In this document: positions 1-7,694 of the stretch, piece after piece
Layout of the letters: every line of letters starts with the position of its first letter
How positions within the stretch are numbered: the stretch's first letter is position 1
Origin: Micrococcaceae bacterium UBA7136
GTDB lineage: Bacteria; Actinomycetota; Actinomycetes; Actinomycetales; Micrococcaceae
DNA length: 32,712 nucleotides
Reading direction: 5' to 3'
Assembly: GCA_002492045.1 (NCBI GenBank)
Contig: DKXC01000095.1
Location: 5,735 to 38,446, forward strand
Position numbers and translations under genes: made by a program
Notes under the pieces: model-generated
What the model saw: the letters and a program-made list of their open reading frames with translations, nothing else
Database searches by the model: none
What the model was told of the DNA's origin: nothing

Positions 1-306
1 GTGGCTATCGCCCGGGCCCTGGCCGTATCACCCGACTACCTGCTCTTCGATGAGCCTACCAGCGCCCTGGATCCTGAGCTGGAGGCCGAAGTGATTCGGG
101 TGCTGATTGATTTGGCGCAGGAGAAGCGGTCCCTGGTGGTGGTCACCCACAATATGGCCTTTGCCCGCCGGGTAGCCGACCGGATTGTCTTCTTGGAAGG
201 CGGCTCGGTGCTCTACGACGGCGCACCAGAGGCTTTCTTTGACTCGACCAACGAGCGGATCCGGCGTTTCTTGCAGATCTTCGAGATGACCGACTACCGG
301 ATTTAG
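1..306 (+). CDS. Polar amino-acid ABC transporter ATP-binding protein, 3' part (5'-truncated by window edge)
   Basis: AIARAL, Walker B/D-loop LLFDEPTSALDPE and H-loop VVVTHNM are typical of GlnQ-like ATPases. Confidence 0.9.
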   Translation: MAIARALAVSPDYLLFDEPTSALDPELEAEVIRVLIDLAQEKRSLVVVTHNMAFARRVADRIVFLEGGSVLYDGAPEAFFDSTNERIRRFLQIFEMTDYRI

Positions 307-345
307 GGCTTCTTTTCTGGCTTCCCTCCGGTGGGAGCTTAAGAC

Positions 346-407
346 TCCCCCTTGTTTCTCTCTTGACCCTTGGATTTTCTCAAGGCCTTGAGAGAAAAGA
401 AGGGGGA
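346..407. repeat. 62-bp imperfect palindrome between convergent genes (bidirectional terminator or REP-like element)
   Basis: tcccccttgtttctctc ... gagagaaaagaaggggga outer arms; inner ccttg...caagg hairpin. Confidence 0.7.
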
Positions 408-428
408 TTCTCGGGTAAGGAAGGCACC

Positions 429-1535
429 TTACTCTTCGAGCTCGTTAGCAACAAACTCCTGCATATAGGGCAGGACAAAAGAAAGTCTTCCGTGGCCTGT
501 TGCTGCGATAACCTCTGCTTTCAGGAGCCGACGTCGGTAAACGCTAATCTCCTGAACAGTTTTACCAAGTCGCTCAGCTATATCGGCGATTTTGCTTTCT
601 GTTTTATCTTGGGCCATGGCCCTCAAAAAATTCAGATCCCCTTGCGAAAGCGTAGACAAGGCAGGTTCATGAACCAGATAGGTCATCTTAGAACGTGCAG
701 TCTCTGCTGCTTCTTGCATTATTTCTGAATTTATCTGCCCTGACTCTCTAGCAAGTCTCCAAGCATGGTAGCCCAGGAGCTGAACCAGGTAAGGGTAGCC
801 TCGAGAGCTAGACACAGCAAGTTCTAGAGCCTCTGGCAGAATAGATTTTCCTGCTTCTTCAAAGGTTTCAGCAAGAGAAGCCCGACTGGTCTGCGGTGAA
901 AGCAAACCTAGAGAGTAACGTTCTGCTCGCCGTAAAAAGGTCAAAATATTGTCGTTGAGGAGGTCATGGATAGCATGGGGCAGACCAGCCGCAACAAACA
1001 TAATTTGACGACCCTCGCGGAAGAGGTGCTGGATGGCGGTTGCTATTTCGCGTAAGTCTTCGATGTGGTCTCGGTGGACTTCATCCAGAGTGATAAGAAG
1101 GCCAGCCCCATTTTCCTCTAGAACATCGAGGAAATTACTCAGAAGGATTCGTAGAGTAGGGGGAATAGGCTTTTCTTCTTGGATACTGCGGCTGATACTG
1201 CCTACCCCAGAGACCGTTACAGAGGTGATATGGCTTTTCGGCTTGTTTTGCTGCCAGGCTTCTAGGGCCAGCGGGAGATAAGTTTCCTTGAGCCGTTGTG
1301 CCACCCCAGGGGTCGCTGTTTCAGAAATCGTTTCCCAGCCGTGGTCACGAGCAATATTTTCGATTTCGTTGAGTAGCACGGTTTTTCCCATACCGCGCGC
1401 ACCGGTGAAGAGCATGGCCCGGCCTGGACTGCCAGGACCTTCCTGCAGGGCTTCTTTGAAGCTTGCTAGCTCCTTTGAACGGCCGAATAGCTTGGGAGGA
1501 GTAGCTCCGAAAGAGGGAGAGAATGGGTTGCTCAT
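429..1535 (-). CDS. AAA/STAND-like ATP-binding protein (AAA_16-type) with C-terminal winged-helix domain
   Basis: NPF..FG..P..LFGR N-terminus, Walker A GARGMGKT, Walker B LITLDEVH, GYPYLVQ motif, C-terminal IADIAERLGKTVQEISVYRRRL HTH; visibly lower GC than neighbours. Confidence 0.85.
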   Translation of the reverse strand: MSNPFSPSFGATPPKLFGRSKELASFKEALQEGPGSPGRAMLFTGARGMGKTVLLNEIENIARDHGWETISETATPGVAQRLKETYLPLALEAWQQNKPKSHITSVTVSGVGSISRSIQEEKPIPPTLRILLSNFLDVLEENGAGLLITLDEVHRDHIEDLREIATAIQHLFREGRQIMFVAAGLPHAIHDLLNDNILTFLRRAERYSLGLLSPQTSRASLAETFEEAGKSILPEALELAVSSSRGYPYLVQLLGYHAWRLARESGQINSEIMQEAAETARSKMTYLVHEPALSTLSQGDLNFLRAMAQDKTESKIADIAERLGKTVQEISVYRRRLLKAEVIAATGHGRLSFVLPYMQEFVANELEE

Positions 1536-1541
1536 ACTCTG

Positions 1542-1581
1542 ATTTTATACTTTTTTATACTTTTTATACTTTTTTATACTT
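1542..1581 (-). promoter_or_regulatory. Four tandem (T)4-6ATAC repeats overlapping a leaderless promoter of the AAA ATPase
   Basis: ATAC units end at 1550, 1560, 1569, 1579; minus strand reads TAAAAT-6 nt-ATG. Confidence 0.7.
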
Positions 1582-1599
1582 CTTCCCTGAGACTGAACC

Positions 1600-2376
1600 C
1601 TAGAGACCTCCCTCCCGGTGGGCGCGGGCTGTCTCCTCATCAATAACCCGCATCTCCTGGGTCAGGGGGTCACCAGGCACCCAGGGCTGCTGGGCCTGGT
1701 CTGCCCGGCGGCGTCCCCAGGCCAGGCGAGGACGCGGAACCTTGAGCTGAACAGGCTCCGGCAGCTGCCACTTACGCCAGCGAGCCAACAGGCCCATCAC
1801 CAGGCAAGACACAATAGACAGGGCCATACCCAGCACCTGCTGATTCCAGAGCGTCACACAGAGAGCCACCTCCGCAGCCCCCACAAAGGCCACCGTCGCA
1901 TAGAGGGGACTACCACCCAGGATGGCCGGAACCCGGTTGACCATGATGTCACGCAGGGCCCCACCACCCACCGCCGTCACCACACCCAAGGCAATAGCCG
2001 GTAGCCAGTGCAAGCCCAAGGACAGGGCCTTAATGGTGCCGGTTGCCGTCCAGCAGCCCATGCCCAAAAAGTCAGCCACCAGCAGGGTTCGGTCAGCCCA
2101 GCGGGAACCAAAATCCATGAGATAGGCCAGGGCCGCCGAGAAGAGGGCAGCCACCCAGTAGTAGCTGTCAGTCAGGGCCACCGGCAGACCATTATTGAGC
2201 AGAACATCCCGGATAATGCCGCCCCCCATAGCCGTGACCACCGAAAAAATAATGAAACCAACAATATCTAGGCGGTGGGCCCGGGCAACAGCACCACCCA
2301 GCAGGCCATTAGTGACAATAGCGGCCACATCAATCAGCCGAAACCAGGTTTGCGGGTCAAAATCCAGAGGCAACAT
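1600..2376 (-). CDS. Trimeric intracellular cation channel family (UPF0126/YadS-like) membrane protein
   Basis: Two repeats with TAMGGGIIRDVL and TAVGGGALRDIM motifs; multiple hydrophobic helices. Confidence 0.9.
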   Translation of the reverse strand: MLPLDFDPQTWFRLIDVAAIVTNGLLGGAVARAHRLDIVGFIIFSVVTAMGGGIIRDVLLNNGLPVALTDSYYWVAALFSAALAYLMDFGSRWADRTLLVADFLGMGCWTATGTIKALSLGLHWLPAIALGVVTAVGGGALRDIMVNRVPAILGGSPLYATVAFVGAAEVALCVTLWNQQVLGMALSIVSCLVMGLLARWRKWQLPEPVQLKVPRPRLAWGRRRADQAQQPWVPGDPLTQEMRVIDEETARAHREGGL

Positions 2377-2466
2377 GGGACTATCTCACCTGTGAGGTCT
2401 GCTTGCTGTCTGACATGACCTCTATTCTAGGCTGTCCTGTCTCTTAGGCTGGACCGGCAGCCCAGG

Positions 2467-4662
2467 CTAGCGTCCAGCCAGCACCCGGGCAATAGCCCCC
2501 AGGGCCTCCTCATTCTGCAAGGAAGAACAATCCCCCAACTCCTGCCCCTGATAGAGCTGACCCAGCAGGCGGCGAGTGATCTTCCCCGACCGGGTCTTAG
2601 GAATATCAGCCACCGCCACCACGTCCTTAGGCTTAGCAATCGGCCCGATCTCCCGGCGAACATGCTCCGTCAGCACAGCCCTCAACTCGTCGGCACTCAA
2701 GGCCCGGCCAGCCTCAGACAGGGTCACATAGGCAACCGCCTGATGCCCCGTCAAATCATCCTCCACCGGGCAGACCCCGGCCTCAACCACAGCCTCATGC
2801 GTCACCAGGGCAGACTCAATCTCAATGGTTGATAGGCGGTGACCCGAAATATTAATGACGTCATCAATCCGGCCCAGAATATAGACGCTGCCCTCCTCGT
2901 CCAGCTTGGCCCCGTCCCCAGCCAAGAACCAACCGCGCTCGCCATAGTGCCGCCAGTAAGAATCCAGGTAACGGGCGGGGTTACCCCAGACCGTCCGGGC
3001 CATGGAGGGCCCAATCTTATCGACCACAATAAAGCCCTGGACGCCCGGGGCAACCGGTTGGCCGGCCTCGTCCACCACCCGCACAGAAACCCCCGGGATA
3101 GGACGGTTAGCGCAACCAGGCTTAGGGGTGGTGTGGGGCGTACCCTCGGGGAAGGTTCCCGCCGGGGCGAACTGGGCGTCATGGGGCCGGGGCGAACAGA
3201 CCGCAGAACCGGTCTCAGACTGCCACCAGGTGTCAATGAAGGAAGCAGAACCGCCGCCCACATGGGTTCGTAGCCAGCGCCAGGCCTCAGGGTTAATAGA
3301 CTCACCCACAGACCCCAGTAGCCGCACCGAAGACAGGTCAAACTTGCCCGGCTCAGGCCCCTGAGGGAAGGCCCCCATGAGGGAACGAATCAGGGTGGGA
3401 GCCGTGTAATAGTTGGTCACCCCGTAGCGTTCAATAATCTCAAAATGCCGTTCAAAACTGGGCGTATTGGGGGTACCCTCATAAATAACCTGGCTGACCC
3501 CGTTGAGCAGGGGCCCATAAATCTCATAGGTGTGGGCCGTCACCCAGGCCAAATCTGCTGTACACCAGTGGACGGTTCCCTCCACCTTGGCCAGGTCGTT
3601 GACACTAGCCAGCTCGTCCACCCGCCGGGCGCCGGTCTCGTCCTCAAACTCGGGCAGCAGGTCAAAGAGGAGGGCATGGGTGTAGGCCGTCTGGGTCAGG
3701 TAGCCGGCCGAGGTATGAACCAGGCCCTTAGGCTTACCGGTGGTGCCCGAGGTGTAAATAATGAAGAGGGGAGTCTCAGCTTCAAAAAGCTGGTAGTCGT
3801 GGCTTTCAGGCAGGCCCTCAATCAGGTCCTGGTACCAGATGTCTCGACCCTGAGTCCAGGGAACAGCCGCCCGCTCCTGGGCGCTAGTAGAGGTCCGATC
3901 AACCACAATGACGTGCTCAATCTGGTTCTCCCCCGAGCAGGCCTCATCAGCGATCGCCTTGACCGGCACGACCTTGCCCCGGCGGTTCTGCCCGTCGGTG
4001 GTCACCAGCACCTTAGCCCCGGTGTCTTCCACCCGGAAGCGCAGGGCCTCAGCCGAAAAACCACCAAAAACCAGGGAATGGATAGCCCCGATTCGGGCGC
4101 AGGCCAGGGTAAAAATAATGGTCTCAGGAATGACTGGCAGGTAAATAACTACCCGGTCGCCCTTGGTTACTCCCAGCTTTTCTAGGCCGTGGGCAGCCTG
4201 GGCCACCCGCCTGAGCAGCTGGGCGTAGGTGATGGTCTGCCGGTCGCCGGGTTCACCCTCAAAATAGAGGGCCACCTTATCGCCGCGTCCGGCCTCCACA
4301 TGGCGGTCTAGGCAGTTGTAGGCCACGTTGAGGGTGCCGTCCTCAAACCATTTAATTTCGGGGACGGTGAAGTTCTCGATGCCCTGCTCGTCCGTCCCCA
4401 GGCTCTGGGGCTTGGAGAAGCTGTGGGCCTTCCGGTCGCTGAAGGGACGGCCCCAGGTCAGGCGGTCTCGGGCCTGCCGGGCCCAGAAGTCGATGCGGGC
4501 CTGATCCGAAATCAGGGCCGGGTTGGGGGTGGGGGTAGCCGGGTTGGTGTAGGTGAAGGTCACGGGGTGCTCCCATCGTTCGCTGGCTGTAGCACCGGCG
4601 CCGAGGCGTGGTTGCTGCGATAGTCGTCGAGCCAGGTCTCTCGTATCGCTCCTGATGGACAA
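2467..4662 (-). CDS. acs: Acetyl-CoA synthetase (AMP-forming); start uncertain
   Basis: LNVAYNCLDRH, IYTSGTTGKPKG, DTWWQSETG, GRIDDVINISGHRL, PKTRSGKI motifs. Confidence 0.9.
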   Translation of the reverse strand: MSIRSDTRDLARRLSQQPRLGAGATASERWEHPVTFTYTNPATPTPNPALISDQARIDFWARQARDRLTWGRPFSDRKAHSFSKPQSLGTDEQGIENFTVPEIKWFEDGTLNVAYNCLDRHVEAGRGDKVALYFEGEPGDRQTITYAQLLRRVAQAAHGLEKLGVTKGDRVVIYLPVIPETIIFTLACARIGAIHSLVFGGFSAEALRFRVEDTGAKVLVTTDGQNRRGKVVPVKAIADEACSGENQIEHVIVVDRTSTSAQERAAVPWTQGRDIWYQDLIEGLPESHDYQLFEAETPLFIIYTSGTTGKPKGLVHTSAGYLTQTAYTHALLFDLLPEFEDETGARRVDELASVNDLAKVEGTVHWCTADLAWVTAHTYEIYGPLLNGVSQVIYEGTPNTPSFERHFEIIERYGVTNYYTAPTLIRSLMGAFPQGPEPGKFDLSSVRLLGSVGESINPEAWRWLRTHVGGGSASFIDTWWQSETGSAVCSPRPHDAQFAPAGTFPEGTPHTTPKPGCANRPIPGVSVRVVDEAGQPVAPGVQGFIVVDKIGPSMARTVWGNPARYLDSYWRHYGERGWFLAGDGAKLDEEGSVYILGRIDDVINISGHRLSTIEIESALVTHEAVVEAGVCPVEDDLTGHQAVAYVTLSEAGRALSADELRAVLTEHVRREIGPIAKPKDVVAVADIPKTRSGKITRRLLGQLYQGQELGDCSSLQNEEALGAIARVLAGR

Positions 4663-4824
4663 ATCTTTACCCAGGTTAGGGGCTGAATCCGGTTTTCTGC
4701 TAAAGCGTGACCCTTTTTAACGTTTATGACGCTTCATGACGGCCCAGCCGGCGACACAGAGCGCAACAAACTTCATAAAGTGACTTTTTCGCCCCCAAGC
4801 TAGGTCTGCTAGCCGTCCCCTGCC

Positions 4825-4830
4825 TAGACT
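4825..4830 (+). promoter_or_regulatory. -10 element TAGACT in front of the SAM-IV riboswitch
   Basis: TANNNT hexamer 7 nt before riboswitch P1. Confidence 0.55.
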
Positions 4831-4837
4831 GTTAGCA

Positions 4838-4940
4838 AGATCAAGAGTCCCAGCGTCAAGCTCTGGCTAGCTGGGCGGCAACCCTCTCCCGTAGCAGGGT
4901 GCCCCAGATGAGGATCTGGCAGTAAATGCAAGTACGGCGC
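4838..4940 (+). ncRNA. SAM-IV riboswitch
   Basis: Follows the actinobacterial SAM-IV pattern: AGATC...GATCT (P1), CCCAGC-GTCAAG...GCTGGG (P2), CGGCAACCCT...AGGGTGC (P3), potential pseudoknot pairs CTGG/CCAG and CCGTA/TACGG; lies upstream of a likely sulfur-related monooxygenase. Confidence 0.88.
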
Positions 4941-5028
4941 AACCAGGCGCCACCTCCGCGAGTGACGGCGCTTCCCGCAGGACGCCGACCGCACGGGCGT
5001 GGAGGGCCACACTAGAAAGGGCCCTAAA

Positions 5029-6486
5029 ATGGCAGAGAAGAAGCGGATCGTTGTTAACGCCTTCGACATGACCACCACCAGCCACCAGAGCTTCGGCCTC
5101 TGGCGGCACCCCCGCAACCGGGCAGACCAATACAACACCATCAAATACTGGACCGACCTGGCCAAGGTCTGCGAAAAGGGCCTCTTTGACGCGGTCTTTA
5201 TCGCCGACGTAGTGGGCGTCTACGACGTCTACAAGGACTCGGTTGCCCCCGTCCTCAAGGACGGTGCCCAGGTGCCGGTGGGTGACCCCTTCCTGCAGAT
5301 TTCAGCTATGGCTGCCGTGACTGAGCACCTGGGCTTTGGTGTGACCGCAGCCGTCACCTACAACCAGCCCTACACCCTGGCCCGCTCCTACTCCACCCTG
5401 GACCACCTGACCGGGGGCCGGGTGGGCTTCAACGTGGTGACCTCCTACCTGCAGTCGGCGGCTGAAAACCAGGGCCTGCCCGCCCAGATTGACCACGATG
5501 AGCGCTATGAGATCGCAGAAGAGTTCCTGGACGTCTGCTACAAGCTCTGGGAGGGTTCCTGGGAGGACGGCTCGGTACCCCGCGACCGTGAAAAGGGTAT
5601 CTTCGCTGACCCCTCCAAGGTTCACCCCATCCTGCACAAGGGCAAGTACTTCCAGGTGCCCGGCATTGCCCTGACTGAGCCATCACCCCAGCGCACCCCC
5701 GTCATTTTCCAGGCTGGGGCCTCATCCCGCGGGCAGGCTTTTTCGGGTCAGCATGCTGAGGCTATCTTCATTACGGCCCTGCGCCCCAAGCTGACCCGGG
5801 TTCTGACCGACCGTATCCGCAACGAGGCTGAGAAGGCCGGACGCAAGCGGGATGACGTCAAGATCCTGGCCATGCTCTCGGTGGTGGTTGACGAGACCGA
5901 CGAGAAGGCCCAGGCCAAGTACGCCGACTACCTCAAGTACCAGAACCTGGAGGCCTCCCAGGGCATCATCGGCGGCTGGAGCGGCCTGGACCTAGACCAG
6001 TTCGAGGAAGACGAAGCCCTCAAGTATGTTGAAACTGCTGCTATTCAGTCCTTCCTGACCCCCTTCACCCTGCAGGACCAGGAGAAGGAATGGACCCGCC
6101 ACGATATTGCCGAGCACTGCGCTACCGGTGGCATGGGGGCGGTGCTGGTTGGCTCACCCCAGACGGTGGCTGACGAGCTAGAAAAGTGGATTGACGAGGG
6201 CGGCCTGGACGGTATCAACCTGGCCTACCATGTTTCTCCTGGCTCCTTTGAGGACTTTGTGGAGTTCGTGGTTCCTGAGCTACAGAAGCGGGGCCGCTAC
6301 CGCACCGCCTATGAGGGTTCTACCCTGCGTGAGAGTCTCTTTGGTGAGGGACGCAAGTACGTGGACGAACGTCACCCGGCGGCCAAGTACCGGGGGGCCT
6401 ATGCGGGTAAGCCTTCTGCTGCTGACACCCCGGCTAGGGACTTCCTCAAGCTGGCCCTGGAGCAGGCTGGGGTGGAAGCCTCCTAG
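5029..6486 (+). CDS. NtaA/SnaA/DszA-family FMNH2-dependent (luciferase-like) monooxygenase
   Basis: GLFDAVFIAD, TLDHLTGGRVGFNVVTS, PSPQRTPVIFQAGASSRG, FVEFVVPELQKRG motifs; GAAAGG SD before ATG 5029. Confidence 0.92.
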   Translation: MAEKKRIVVNAFDMTTTSHQSFGLWRHPRNRADQYNTIKYWTDLAKVCEKGLFDAVFIADVVGVYDVYKDSVAPVLKDGAQVPVGDPFLQISAMAAVTEHLGFGVTAAVTYNQPYTLARSYSTLDHLTGGRVGFNVVTSYLQSAAENQGLPAQIDHDERYEIAEEFLDVCYKLWEGSWEDGSVPRDREKGIFADPSKVHPILHKGKYFQVPGIALTEPSPQRTPVIFQAGASSRGQAFSGQHAEAIFITALRPKLTRVLTDRIRNEAEKAGRKRDDVKILAMLSVVVDETDEKAQAKYADYLKYQNLEASQGIIGGWSGLDLDQFEEDEALKYVETAAIQSFLTPFTLQDQEKEWTRHDIAEHCATGGMGAVLVGSPQTVADELEKWIDEGGLDGINLAYHVSPGSFEDFVEFVVPELQKRGRYRTAYEGSTLRESLFGEGRKYVDERHPAAKYRGAYAGKPSAADTPARDFLKLALEQAGVEAS

Positions 6487-6501
6487 GGGCTAGGGCCTTT
6501 C

Positions 6502-6572
6502 GCTGAGACCTCCTCAAACTTGCAAAACCTCTGGAGCCTCTGGAGGTTTTGCAAGTTTGGGGAGGTTTTACT
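6502..6572. repeat. Palindromic repeat family A, copy A1
   Basis: 71 bp identical to 7613-7683; 24-bp arms acctcctcaaacttgcaaaacctc / gaggttttgcaagtttggggaggt with one mismatch. Confidence 0.95.
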
Positions 6573-6582
6573 CTAGAGCGAG

Positions 6583-7482
6583 CTAGCGGACGCCAGCCTG
6601 CACGAGCAGAGACTGCAGGTTCTCAGGGAAACGGGTCAGGTCATCCCACATGACTCGCAGCACCCGGTAGCCTAACCGCTCTAAATCTCGCTGGCGCAGT
6701 TTCTCCCGGCGTACCACCTGGGCAGGATCCCCAAAGCGACCGTCATACTTAATGCTGCCGTCCACTTCTAGGATGACCTTGAACTCTTCCCACAAGAAAT
6801 CAACCCGATAGACCCTGTGGCCAACTCTGACCTGGCCCTGTTCCTGAGGCGGGCTAAACCCCCAAGAAGCAATCCGGTAGCGGGCAATAGTCTCCGCCGG
6901 CGACTCCGCTAGACCACTCATCAGCTCAGCCACCTGCCTGGCTCTCTGGCGGCCTTGGCCAGAGTAGTCTTGTAGGGCTATTTCTACCTGCTGGGCGCTG
7001 AAAGACCTCTGGTGAAGGAAGAAATCCATGATGCAGAGAGCTTCAAGAAGCGGCAGAGAAGAAGCACAGTCCAGGGCCGTTTGCAGAGGTGAAGTCAGCC
7101 TAGCACCCCGGTAAAAAAGAGCCTGCTGACAGACCTGCTCACGTCCGGAAGATACCCTAACGCCGGTACGGGAGCGAGCCTTCTTTCAGGGGTGGCTGAC
7201 CCAGATTTTCTCAGGTTGTTGTAGCAGGGGCGCTCCCCACCAGAGGGCCGCTGAGCTATGGCTCAGGACGCAGTTGGGGAAGTTAAGTAGAAAACCGGCG
7301 TGTAGAGCTAGAAAGCGGGTGTTGTGGTTCCAGCCTTGCCAGATGTGGGCGTCTACGTAGGTGTTGCGGGCTATCCGTCTGAGCCGGCCACGGGAGCAGA
7401 GTCGGCTGATAGTTGAGGGGCTGAGCCCTTGTTCTGTGAATAACTGGGCAGAGGTCTTGACCTGGGCAAAGAGTTCTTCCAT
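6583..7482 (-). pseudogene. AbiEi-like wHTH + DUF559/Vsr-like nuclease domain protein interrupted by one in-frame TGA (7186-7188)
   Basis: ORFs 7186-7482 and 6583-7029 share a frame; the segment between translates as ...SHP*KKARSRTGVRVSSGREQV...GARLTSPLQTALD..., colinear with the paralog at 24275-25177. Confidence 0.88.
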
Positions 7483-7540
7483 GGGGTCAGTCTGGCCCTA
7501 GCACCGGCTGTTGGTAAAGACTACTGGGGGCTGTGGATAA
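7483..7540 (-). promoter_or_regulatory. Leaderless promoter (CAGACT -10) plus perfect DnaA box TTATCCACA at 7532-7540
   Basis: Minus strand reads TTATCCACAGCCCC...CAGACTGACCCC-ATG; same layout at 25178-25235. Confidence 0.7.
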
Positions 7541-7554
7541 GGCTAAGCCCGTCA

Positions 7555-7592
7555 GGACGCCTGTCTTTGGGCTTTTTGACCGGCAGGCGTCC
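7555..7592. repeat. Small hairpin GGACGCCTG...CAGGCGTCC
   Basis: 9-bp perfect inverted repeat between the DnaA box and palindrome A2. Confidence 0.5.
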
Positions 7593-7612
7593 AGGTTTCT
7601 TGGTCTGGTGCT

Positions 7613-7683
7613 GCTGAGACCTCCTCAAACTTGCAAAACCTCTGGAGCCTCTGGAGGTTTTGCAAGTTTGGGGAGGTTTTACT
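7613..7683. repeat. Palindromic repeat family A, copy A2
   Basis: Identical direct repeat of 6502-6572 (offset 1111 bp); 11 bp beyond the cls stop. Confidence 0.95.
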
Positions 7684-7694
7684 GGGGGAGGGGC

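Noticed and set aside
7532-7540. Replication origin suggested by DnaA boxes
   Set aside because: Single isolated boxes with no cluster, no AT-rich unwinding element and no dnaA/dnaN
6502-7683. Classical IS or composite transposon
   Set aside because: No DDE, HUH, serine or tyrosine recombinase motifs; flanks are self-palindromic direct repeats and I saw no target-site duplication
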